A stretch of 64,000 nt of DNA from the NCBI GenBank assembly GCA_964016885.1, contig OZ024741.1, positions 249,178,001 through 249,242,000 on the forward strand, in the 5' to 3' direction. A program made the translations under genes and the position numbers. The notes below the pieces were generated by a model. That model was not told the DNA's origin, made no database searches, and saw only the letters and a list, made by a program, of their open reading frames with translations. Positions within the stretch are counted from its first letter, which is position 1, and each line of letters starts with the position of its first letter. Below, one piece after another: positions 37,101-49,591 of the stretch. This DNA comes from Eledone cirrhosa. Taxonomy: Eukaryota.

Positions 37101-40100
37101 TCCAAGGGGAGATAATTTCCAGCCGTCCAAGGGGAGATAATTTCCCGCCAGCCAAGGAGAGATAATATTTAAAAAAATCAGGCGGAGATAATTTGTAAAA
37201 AAAAATCAGGGGGAGATAATTTGTAAAAAAATCAGGGGGAGATAATTTGTAAAAAAAAATCAGGGGGAGATAATTTGTAAAAAAAATCAGGGGGAGATAA
37301 TTTGTAAAAAAAAATCAGGGGTAGATAATTTGTAAAAAAAAATCAGGGGGAGATAATTTGTAAAAAAAAATCAGGGGGAGATAATTTGTAAAAAAATCAA
37401 GGGGAGATAATTTCCAGCCGTCCAAGGGGAGATAATTTTCAGCCGTCCAAGGAGAGGTAATTTCTAGCCGTCCAAGGGGAGATAATTTCCAACCGTCCAA
37501 GGGGAGATAATTTTTTTAAAAAAATCAGGCGGAGATAATTTGTAAACAAAAATCAGGGGGAGATAATTTGTAAAAAAAAATCAGGGGGAGATAATTTGTA
37601 AAAAAAAATCAGGGGGAGATAATTTGTAAAAAAAATCAAGGGGAGATAATTTCCAGCCGTCCAAGGGGAGGTAATATCTAGCCATCCAAGGGGAGATAAT
37701 TTCCAGCCGTCCAAGGGGAGATAATTTCCAGCCGTCCAAGGGGAGATAATATCCAGCCGTCCAAGGAGACATATTTTCCAGCCGTCCAAGGAGAGGTAAT
37801 TTCTAGCCGTCCAAGGGGAGATAAGTTCCAGCCTCCAAGGGGAGATAATTTCCAGCCAGCCAAGGGGAGATAATTTGTAAAAAAATCAGGGGGAGATAAT
37901 TTGTAAAAAAAAATCAGGGGGAGATAATTTGTAAAAAAATCAGGGGGAGATAATTTGTAAAAAAAAATCAGGGGGAGATAATTTGTAAAAAAAATCAGGG
38001 GGAGATAATTTGTAAAAAAAATCAGGGGTAGATAATTTGTAAAAAAAATCAGGGGGAGATAATTTGTAAAAAAAATCAGGGGGAGATAATTTGTAAAAAA
38101 AATCAGGGGTAGATAATTTTCAGCCGTCCAAGGGGAGATAATTTCCATCCTTCCAAGGGGAGATAATTTCCAGCCGTCCAAGGGGAGATAATTTCCCGCC
38201 AGCCAAGGAGAGATAACATTTAAAAAAATCAGGCGGATATAATTTGTAAAAAAAATCAGGGGGAGATAATTTGTAAAAAAATCAGGGGGAGATAATTTGT
38301 AAAAAAAATCAGGGGTAGATAATTTCCAGCCGTCCAAGGGGAGATAATTTCCATCCTTCCAAGGGGAGATAATTTCCAGCCGTCCAAGGGGAGATAATTT
38401 CCCGCCAGCCAAGGAGAGATAACATTTAAAAAAATCAGGCGGAGATAATTTGTAAAAAAATCAGGGGGAGATAATTTGTAAAAAAAATCAGGGGTAGATA
38501 ATTTCCAGCCGTCCAAGGGGAGATAATTTCCATCCTTCCAAGGGGAGATAATTTCCAGCCGTCCAAGGGGAGATAATTTCCCGCCAGCCAAGGAGAGATA
38601 ATATTTAAAAAAATCAGGCGGAGATAATTTGTAAAAAAAATCAGGGGGAGATAATTTGTAAAAAAAAATCAGGGGGAGATAATTTGTAAAAAAAAATCAG
38701 GGGGAGATAATTTGTAAAAAAAATCAAGGGGAGATAATTTGTAAAAAAAAATCAGGGGTAGATAATTTGTAAAAAAAAATCAGGGGGAGATAATTTGTAA
38801 AAAAAAAATCAGGGGGAGATAATTTGTAAAAAAATCAAGGGGAGATAATTTCCAGCCGTCCAAGGGGAGATAATTTTCAGCCGTCCAAGGAGAGGTAATT
38901 TCTAGCCGTCCAAGGGGAGATAATTTCCAGCCAGCCAAGGGGAGATAATTTGTAAAAAAATCAGGGGTAGATAATTTGTGAAAAAAAATCAGGGGGAGAT
39001 AATTTGTAAAAAAAATCAGGGGGAGATAATTTGTAAAAAAAATCAGGGGTAGATAATTTCCAGCCGTCCAAGGGGAGATAATTTCCATCCTTCCAAGGGG
39101 AGATAATTTCCAGCCGTCCAAGGGGAGATAATTTCCCGCCAGCCAAGGAGAGATAACATTTAAAAAAATCAGGCGGAGATAATTTGTAAAAAAAATCAGA
39201 GGGAGATAATTTGTAAAAAAATCAGGGGGAGATAATTTGTAAAAAAAATCAGGGGTAGATAATTTCCAGCCGTCCAAGGGGAGATAATTTCCATCCTTCC
39301 AAGGGGAGATAATTTCCAGCCGTCCAAGGGGAGATAATTTCCCGCCAGCCAAGGAGAGATAATATTTAAAAAAATCAGGCGGAGATAATTTGTAAAAAAA
39401 ATCAGGGGGAGATAATTTGTAAAAAAATCAGGGGGAGATAATTTGTAAAAAAAAATCAGGGGAGATAATTTGTAAAAAAAATCAGGGGGAGATAATTTGT
39501 AAAAAAAAATCAGGGGTAGATAATTTGTAAAAAAAATTCAGGGGGAGATAATTTGTAAAAAAAAAATCAGGGGGAGATAATTTGTAAAAAAATCAAGGGG
39601 AGATAATTTCCAGCCGTCCAAAGGGAGATAATTTTCAGCCGTCCAAGGAGGTAATTTCCAGCCGTCCAAGGGGAGATAATGTTTTTAAAAAAATCAGGCG
39701 GACATAATTTGTAAACAAAAATCAGGGGGAGATAATTTGTAAAAAAAAATCAGGGGGAGATAATTTGTAAAAAAAAATCATGGGGAGATAATTTGTAAAA
39801 AAAATCAAGGGGAGATAATTTCCAGCCGTCCAAGGGGAGGTAATATCTAGCCATCCAAGGGGAGATAATTTCCAGCCGTCCAAGGGGAGATAATTTCCAG
39901 CCGTCCAAGGGGAGATAATATCCAGCCGTCCAAGGAGACATATTTTCCAGCCGTCCAAGGAGAGGTAATTTCTAGCCGTCCAAGGGGAGATAAGTTCCAG
40001 CCTCCAAGGGGAGATAATTTCCAGCCAGCCAAGGGGAGATAATTTGTAAAAAAATCAGGGGGAGATAATTTGTAAAAAAAAAATCAGGGGGAGATAATTT

Positions 40101-43100
40101 GTAAAAAAATCAGGGGGAGATAATTTGTAAAAAAAAAATCAGGGGGAGATAATTTGTAAAAAAAATCAGGGGGAGATAATTTGTAAAAAAAATCAGGGGT
40201 AGATAATTTTCAGCCCTCCAAGGGGAGATAATTTCCATCCTTCCAAGGGGAGATAATTTCCAGCCGTCCAAGGGGAGATAATTTCCCGCCAGCCAAGGAG
40301 AGATAACATTTAAAAAAATCAGGCGGAGATAATTTGTAAAAAAAATCAGGGGGAGATAATTTGTAAAAAAATCAGGGGGAGATAATTTGTAAAAAAAATC
40401 AGGGGTAGATAATTTCCAGCCGTCCAAGGGGAGATAATTTCCATCCTTCCAAGGGGAGATAATTTCCAGCCGTCCAAGGGGAGATAATTTCCCGCCAGCC
40501 AAGGAGAGATAATATTTAAAAAAATCAGGCGGAGATAATTTGTAAAAAAAATCAGGGGGAGATAATTTGTAAAAAAATCAGGGGGAGATAATTTGTAAAA
40601 AAAAATCAGGGGGAGATAATTTGTAAAAAAAATCAGGGGGAGATAATTTGTAAAAAAAAATCAGGGGTAGATAATTTGTAAAAAAAAATCAGGGGGAGAT
40701 AATTTGTAAAAAAATCAAGGGGAGATAATTTCCAGCCGTCCATGGGGAGATAATTTTCAGCCGTCCAAGGAGAGGTAATTTCTAGCCGTCCAAGGGGAGA
40801 TAATTTCCAGCCGTCCAAGGGGAGATAATTTTTTAAAAAAATCAGGCGGAGATAATTTGTAAACAAAAATCAGGGGGAGATAATTTGTAAAAAAAAATCA
40901 GGGGGAGATAATTTGTAAAAAAAAATCAGGGGGAGATAATTTGTAAAAAAAATCAAGGGGAGATAATTTCCAGCCGTCCAAGGGGAGGTAATATCTAGCC
41001 ATCCAAGGGGAGATAATTTCCAGCCGTCCAAGGGGAGATAATTTCCAGCCGTCCAAGGGGAGATAATATCATGCCGTCCAAGGAGACATATTTTCCAGCC
41101 GTCCAAGGAGACGTAATTTCTAGCCGTCCAAGGGGAGATAAGTTCCAGCCTCCAAGGGGAGATAATTTCCAGCCAGCCAAGGGGAGATAATTTGTAAAAA
41201 AATTAGGGGGAGATAATTTGTAAAAAAAAATTAGGGGGAGATAATTTGTAAAAAAAAATCAGGGGGAGATAATTTGTAAAAAAAAATCAGGGGGAGATAA
41301 TTTGTAAAAAAAATCAAGGGGAGATAATTTCCAGCCGTCCAAGGGGAGATAATTTTCAGCCGTCCAAGGAGAGGTAAATTCTAGCCGTCCAAGGAGATAT
41401 AATTTCCAGCCGTCCAAGGGGAGATAATTTCCAGCCGTCCAAGGGGAGATAATTTTTAAAAAAAAATCAGGCGGAGATAATTTGTAAACAAAAATCAGGG
41501 GGAGATAATTTTTTAAAAAAAATCAGGGGGAGATAATTTGTAAAAAAAAATCAGGGGGAGATAATTTGTAAAAAAAATCAAGGGGAGATAATTTCCAGCC
41601 GTCCAAGGGGAGGTAATATCTAGCCATCCAAGGGGAGATAATTTCCAGCCGTCCAAGGGGAGATAATTTCCAGCCGTCCAAGGGGAGATAATATCCAGCC
41701 GTCCAAGGAGACATATTTTCCAGCCGTCCAAGGAGAGGTAATTTCTAGCCGTCCAAGGGGAGATAAGTTCCAGCCTCCAAGGGGAGATAATTTCCAGCCA
41801 GCCAAGGGGAGATAATTTGTAAAAAAATCAGGGGGGAGATAATTTGTAAAAAAAATCAGGGGGAGATAATTTGAAAAAAAAATCAGGGGGAGATAATTTG
41901 TAAAAAATATCAAGGGGAGATAATTTCCAGCCCTCCAAGGGGCTATAATTTCCAGCCGTGCAAGGGGAGATAATTTCCAGCCGTCCAAGGGGAGATAATT
42001 TCCATCCTTCCAAGGGGAGATAATTTCCAGCCGTCCAAGGGGAGATAATTTCCCGCCAGCCAAGGGAAGATAATTTTTTAAAAAATCAGGCGGAGATTGT
42101 AAAAAAAATCAGGGGGAGATAATTTGTAAATAAAATCAGGGGGAGATAATTTGTAAAAAAAATCAGGGGAGATAATTTGTAAAAAAAATCAGGGGTAGAT
42201 AATTTTCAGCCGTCCAAGGGGAGATAATTTCCATCCTTCCAAGGGGAGATAATTTCCAGCCGTCCAAGGGGAGATAATTTCCCGCCAGCCAAGGAGAGAT
42301 AACATTTAAAAAAATCAGGCGGAGATAATTTGTAAAAAAAATCAGGGGGAGATAATTTGTAAAAAAATCAGGGGGAGATAATTTGTAAAAAAAATCAGGG
42401 GTAGATAATTTCCAGCCGTCCAAGGGGAGATAATTTCCATCCTTCCAAGGGGAGATAATTTCCAGCCGTCCAAGGGGAGATAATTTCCCGCCAGCCAAGG
42501 AGAGATAACATTTAAAAAAATCAGGGGGAGATAATTTGTAAAAAAAATCAGGGGGAGATAATTTGTAAAAAAATCAGGGGGAGATAATTTGTAAAAAAAA
42601 ATCAGGGGGAGATAATTTGTAAAAAAAATCAGGGGGAGATAATTTGTAAAAAAAAATCAGGGGTAGATAATTTGTAAAAAAAAATCAGGGGGAGATAATT
42701 TGTAAAGAAAAAATCAGGGGGAGATAATTTGTAAAAAAATCAAGGGGAGATAATTTCCAGCCGTCCAAGGGGAGATAATTTTCAGCCGTCCAAGGAGAGG
42801 TAATTTCTAGCCGTCCAAGGGGAGATAATTTCCAGCCGTCCAAGGGGAGATAATTTTTTTAAAAAAATCAGGCGGAGATAATTTGTAAACAAAAATCAGG
42901 GGGAGATAATTTGTAAAAAAAAATCAGGGGGAGATAATTTGTAAAAAAAAATCAGGGGGAGATAATTTGTAAAAAAAATCAAGGGGAGATAATTTCCAGC
43001 CGTCCAAGGGGAGGTAATATCTAGCCATCCAAGGGGAGATAATTTCCAGCCGTCCAAGGGGAGATAATTTCCAGCCGTCCAAGGGGAGATAATATCCAGC

Positions 43101-46100
43101 CGTCCAAGGAGACATATTTTCCAGCCGTCCAAGGAGACGTAATTTCTAGCCGTCCAAGGGGAGATAAGTTCCAGCCTCCAAGGGGAGATAATTTCCAGCC
43201 AGCCAAGGGGAGATAATTTGTAAAAAAATTAGGGGGAGATAATTTCTAAAAAAAAATTAGGGGGAGATAATTTGTAAAAAAAAATCAGGGGGAGATAATT
43301 TGTAAAAAAAAATCAGGGGGAGATAATTTGTAAAAAAAATCAAGGGGAGATAATTTCCAGCCGTCCAAGGGGAGATAATTTTCAGCCGTCCAAGGAGAGG
43401 TAAATTCTAGCCGTCCAAGGAGATATAATTTCCAGCCGTCCAAGGGGAGATAATTTCCAGCCGTCCAAGGGGAGATAATTTTTAAAAAAAAATCAGGCGG
43501 AGATAATTTGTAAACAAAAATCAGGGGGAGATAATTTTTTAAAAAAAATCAGGGGGAGATAATTTGTAAAAAAAAATCAGGGGGAGATAATTTGTAAAAA
43601 AAATCAAGGGGAGATAATTTCCAGCCGTCCAAGGGGAGGTAATATCTAGCCATCCAAGGGGAGATAATTTCCAGCCGTCCAAGGGGAGATAATTTCCAGC
43701 CGTCCAAGGGGAGATAATATCCAGCCGTCCAAGGAGACATATTTTCCAGCCGTCCAAGGAGAGGTAATTTCTAGCCGTCCAAGGGGAGATAAGTTCCAGC
43801 CTCCAAGGGGAGATAATTTCCAGCCAGCCAAGGGGAGATAATTTGTAAAAAAATCAGGGGGGAGATAATTTGTAAAAAAAATCAGGGGGAGATAATTTGA
43901 AAAAAAAATCAGGGGGAGATAATTTGTAAAAAATATCAAGGGGAGATAATTTCCAGCCCTCCAAGGGGCTATAATTTCCAGCCGTGCAAGGGGAGATAAT
44001 TTCCAGCCGTCCAAGGGGAGATAATTTCCATCCTTCCAAGGGGAGATAATTTCCAGCCGTCCAAGGGGAGATAATTTCCCGCCAGCCAAGGGAAGATAAT
44101 TTTTTAAAAAATCAGGCGGAGATTGTAAAAAAAATCAGGGGGAGATAATTTGTAAAAAAATCAGGGGGAGATAATTTGTAAAAAAAAAATCAGGGGGAGA
44201 TAATTTGTAAAAAAAAATCAGGGGGAGATAATTTGTAAAAAAAATCAGGGGGAGATAATTTGTAAAAAAAATCAGGGGTAGATAATTTGTAAAAAAAATC
44301 AGGGGGAGATAATTTGTAAAAAAAATCAGGGGGAGATAATTTGTAAAAAAAATCAGGGGTAGATAATTTTCAGCCGTCCAAGGGGAGATAATTTCCATCC
44401 TTCCAAGGGGAGATAATTTCCAGCCGTCCAAGGGGAGATAATTTCCCGCCAGCCAAGGAGAGATAACATTTAAAAAAATCAGGCGGAGATAATTTGTAAA
44501 AAAATCAGGGGGAGATAATTTGTAAAAAAAAATCAGGGGTAGATAATTTCCAGCCGTCCAAGGGGAGATAATTTCCATCCTTCCAAGGGGAGATAATTTC
44601 CAGCCGTCCAAGGGGAGATAATTTCCCGCCAGCCAAGGAGAGATAATATTTAAAAAAATCAGGCGGAGATAATTTGTAAAAAAAATCAGGGGGAGATAAT
44701 TTGTAAAAAAATCAGGGGGAGATAATTTGTAAAAAAAAATCAGGGGGAGATAATTTGTAAAAAAAAATCAGGGGGAGATAATTTGTAAAAAAAAATCAGG
44801 GGTAGATAATTTGTAAAAAAAAATCAGTGTGAGATAATTTGTAAAAGAAAAATCAGGGGGAGATAATTTGTAAAAAAATCAAGGGGAGATAATTTCCAGC
44901 CGTCCAAGGGGAGATAATTTTCAGCCGTCCAAGGAGAGGTAATTTCTAGCCGTCCAAGGGGAGATAATTTCCAGCCGTCCAAGGGGAGATAATTTTTTTT
45001 AAAAAATCAGGCGGAGATAATTTGTAAACAAAAATCAGGGGGAGATAATTTGTAAAAAAAAATCAGGGGGAGATAATTTGTAAAAAAAAATCAGGGGGAG
45101 ATAATTTGTAAAAAAAATCAAGGGGAGATAATTTGTCAAAAAAAATCAGGGGTAGATAATTTGTAAAAAAAAATCAGGGGGAGATAATTTGTAAAAAAAA
45201 AATCAGGGGGAGATAATTTGTAAAAAAATCAAGGGGAGATAATTTCCAGCCGTCCAAGGGGAGATAATTTTCAGCCGTCCAAGGAGAGGTAATTTCTAGC
45301 CGTCCAAGGGGAGATAATTTCCAGCCAGCCAAGGGGAGATAATTTGTAAAAAAATCAGGGGTAGATAATTTGTAAAAAAAAATCAGGGGGAGATAATTTG
45401 TAAAAAAAATCAGGGGGAGATAATTTGTAAAAAAAATCAGGGGTAGATAATTTCCAGCCGTCCAAGGGGAGATAATTTCCATCCTTCCAAGGGGAGATAA
45501 TTTCCAGCCGTCCAAGGGGAGATAATTTCCCGCCAGCCAAGGAGAGATAACATTTAAAAAAATCAGGCGGAGATAATTTGTAAAAAAAATCAGGGGGAGA
45601 TAATTTGTAAAAAAAATCAGGGGGAGATAATTTGTAAAAAAAATCAGGGGTAGATAATTTCCAGCCGTCCAAGGGGAGATAATTTCCATCCTTCCAAGGG
45701 GAGATAATTTCCAGCCGTCCAAGGGGAGATAATTTCCCGCCAGCCAAGGAGAGATAATATTTAAAAAAATCAGGCGGAGATAATTTGTAAAAAAAATCAG
45801 GGGGAGATAATTTGTAAAAAAATCAGGGGGAGATAATTTGTAAAAAAAAATCAGGGGAGATAATTTGTAAAAAAAATCAGGGGGAGATAATTTGTAAAAA
45901 AAAATCAGGGGTAGATAATTTGTAAAAAAAAATCAGGGGGAGATAATTTGTAAAAAAAAAATCAGGGGGAGATAATTTGTAAAAAAATCAAGGGCAGATA
46001 ATTTCCAGCCGTCCAAGGGGAGATAATTTTCAGCCGTCCAAGGAGGTAATTTCTAGCCGTCCAAGGGGAGATAATTTCCAGCCGTCCAAGGGGAGATAAT

Positions 46101-49100
46101 TTTTTTAAAAAAATCAGGCGGAGATAATTTGTAAACAAAAATCAGGGGGAGATAATTTGTAAAAAAAAATCAGGGGGAGATAATTTGTAAAAAAAAATCA
46201 GGGGGAGATAATTTGTAAAAAAAATCAAGGGGAGATAATTTCCAGCCGTCCAAGGGGAGGTAATATCTAGCCATCCAAGGGGAGATAATTTCCAGCCGTC
46301 CAAGGGGAGATAATTTCCAGCCGTCCAAGGGGAGATAATATCCAGCCGTCCAAGGAGACATATTTTCCAGCCGTCCAAGGAGAGGTAATTTCTAGCCGTC
46401 CAAGGGGAGATAAGTTCCAGCCTCCAAGGGGAGATAATTTCCAGCCAGCCAAGGGGAGATAATTTGTAAAAAAATCAGGGGGAGATAATTTGTAAAAAAA
46501 AAATCAGGGGCAGATAATTTGTAAAAAAATCAGGGGGAGATAATTTGTAAAAAAAATCAGGGGGAGATAATTTGTAGAAAAAATCAGGGGTAGATAATTT
46601 GTAAAAAAAATCAGGGGGAGATAATTTGTAAAAAAAATCAGGGGGAGATAATTTGTAAAAAAAATCAGGGGTAGATAATTTTCAGCCGTCCAAGGGGAGA
46701 TAATTTCCATCCTTCCAAGGGGAGATAATTTCCAGCCGTCCAAGGGGAGATAATTTCCCGCCAGCCAAGGAGAGATAACATTTAAAAAAATCAGGCGGAG
46801 ATAATTTGTAAAAAAAATCAGGGGGAGATAATTTGTAAAAAAATCAGGGGGAGATAATTTGTAAAAAAAATCAGGGGTAGATAATTTCCAGCCGTCCAAG
46901 GGGAGATAATTTCCATCCTTCCAAGGGGAGATAATTTCCAGCCGTCCAAGGGGAGATAATTTCCCGCCAGCCAAGGAGAGATAATATTTAAAAAAATCAG
47001 GCGGAGATAATTTGTAAAAAAAATCAGGTGGAGATAATTTGTAAAAAAATCAGGGGGAGATAATTTGTAAAAAAAAATCAGGGGGAGATAATTTGTAAAA
47101 AAAATCAGGGGTAGATAATTTGTAAAAAAAAATCAGGGGGAGATAATTTGTAAAAAAAAAATCAGGGGGAGATAATTTGTAAAAAAATCAAGGGGAGATA
47201 ATTTCCAGCCGTCCAAGGGGAGATAATTTTCAGCCGTCCAAGGAGAGGTAATTTCTAGCCGTCCAAGGGGAGATAATTTCCAGCCGTCCAAGGGGAGATA
47301 ATTTTTTTAAAAAAATCAGGCGGAGATAATTTGTAAACAAAAATCAGGGGGAGATAATTTGTAAAAAAAAATCAGGGGGAGATAATTTGTAAAAAAAAAT
47401 CAGGGGGAGATAATTTGTAAAAAAAATCAAGGGGAGATAATTTCCAGCCGTCCAAGGGGAGGTAATATCTAGCCATCCAAGGGGAGATAATTTCCAGCCG
47501 TCCAAGGGGAGATATTTTCCAGCCGTCCAAGGAGAGGTAATTTCTAGCCGTCCAAGGGGAGATAAGTTCCTGCCTCCAAGGGGAGATAATTTCCAGCCAG
47601 CCAAGGGGAGATAATTTGTAAAAAAATCAGGGGGAGATAATTTGTAAAAAAAAAATCAGGGGGAGATAATTTGTAAAAAAATCAGGGGGAGATAATTTGT
47701 AAAAAAAAAATCAGGGGGAGATAATTTGTAAAAAAAATCAGGGGGAGATAATTTGTAAAAAAAATCAGGGGTAGATAATTTGTAAAAAAAATCAGGGGGA
47801 GATAATTTGTAAAAAAAATCAGGGGGAGATAATTTGTAAAAAAAATCAGGGGTAGATAATTTTCAGCCCTCCAAGGGGAGATAATTTCCATCCTTCCAAG
47901 GGGAGATAATTTCCAGCCGTCCAAGGGGAGATAATTTCCCGCCAGCCAAGGAGAGATAACATTTAAAAAAATCAGGCGGAGATAATTTGTAAAAAAAAAT
48001 CAGGGGGAGATAATTTGTAAAAAAAATCAAGGGGAGATAATTTCCAGCCGTCCAAGGGGAGGTAATATCTAGCCATCCAAGGGGAGATAATTTCCAGCCG
48101 TCCAAGGGGAGATAATTTCCAGCCGTCCAAGGGGAGATAATATCCAGCCGTCCAAGGAGACATATTTTCCAGCCGTCCAAGGAGACGTAATTTCTAGCCG
48201 TCCAAGGGGAGATAAGTTCCAGCCTCCAAGGGGAGATAATTTCCAGCCAGCCAAGGGGAGATAATTTGTAAAAAAATTAGGGGGAGATAATTTGTAAAAA
48301 AAAATTAGGGGGAGATAATTTGTAAAAAAAAATCAGGGGGAGATAATTTGTAAAAAAAAATCAGGGGGAGATAATTTGTAAAAAAAAATCAGGGGGAGAT
48401 AATTTGTAAAAAAAAAATCAGGCGGAGATAATTTGTAAAAAAATCAAGGGGAGATAATTTCCAGCCGTCCAAGGGGAGATAATTTTCAGCCGTCCAAGGA
48501 GAGGTAATTTCTAGCCGTCCAAGGGGAGATAATTTCCAGCCGTCCAAGGGGAGATAATTTTTTTAAAATAATCAGGCGGAGATAATTTGTAAACAAAAAT
48601 CAGGGGGAGATAATTTGTAAAAAAAAATCAGGGGGAGATAATTTGTAAAAAAAATCAGGGGGAGATAATTTGTAAAAAAAATCAAGGGGAGATAATTTGT
48701 AAAAAAAAATCAGGGGTAGATAATTTGTAAAAAAAAATCAGGGGGAGATAATTTGTAAAAAAAAAATCAGGGGGAGATAATTTGTAAAAAAATCAAGGGG
48801 AGATAATTTCCAGCCGTCCAAGGGGAGATAATTTTAAGCCGTCCAAGGAGAGGTAATTTCTAGCCGTCCAAGGGGAGATAATTTCCAGCCAGCCAAGGGG
48901 AGATAATTTGTAAAAAAATCAGGGGTAGATAATTTGTAAAAAAAAATCAGGGGGAGATAATTTGTAAAAAAAATCAGGGGGAGATAATTTGTAAAAAAAA
49001 TCAGGGGTAGATAATTTCCAGCCGTCCAAGGGGAGATAATTTCCATCCTTCCAAGGGGAGATAATTTCCAGCCGTCCAAGGGGAGATAATTTCCCGCCAG

Positions 49101-49591
49101 CCAAGGAGAGATAACATTTAAAAAAATCAGGCGGAGATAATTTGTAAAAAAAATCAGGGGGAGATAATTTGTAAAAAAATCAGGGGGAGATAATTTGTAA
49201 AAAAAATCAGGGGTAGATAATTTCCAGCCGTCCAAGGGGAGATAATTTCCATCCTTCCAAGGGGAGATAATTTCCAGCCGTCCAAGGGGAGATAATTTCC
49301 CGCCAGCCAAGGAGAGATAATATTTAAAAAAATCAGGCGGAGATAATTTGTAAAAAAAATCAGGGGGAGATAATTTGTAAAAAAATCAGGGGGAGATAAT
49401 TTGTAAAAAAAAATCAGGGGAGATAATTTGTAAAAAAAATCAGGGGGTGATAATTTGTAAAAAAAATCAGGGGTAGATAATTTGTAAAAAAAAATCAGGG
49501 GGAGATAATTTGTAAAAAAAAAATCAGGGGGAGATAATTTGTAAAAAAATCAAGGGGAGATAATTTCCAACCGTCCAAGGGGAGATAATTT
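27370..49591 (+). repeat. About 22-kb tandem segmental duplication, copy 2 (22,222 bp)
   Basis: The ORF series 5413..27088 reappears as 27842..49310. The match ends at 27370 (C) versus 49592 (T). Confidence 0.93.
27830..35930 (+). repeat. Second instance of the 2 x 4066-bp repeat, carried within the 22-kb duplication
   Basis: Offsets 28256/32322, 28909/32975, 29470/33536 and 30890/34956 are all 4066. Confidence 0.9.
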
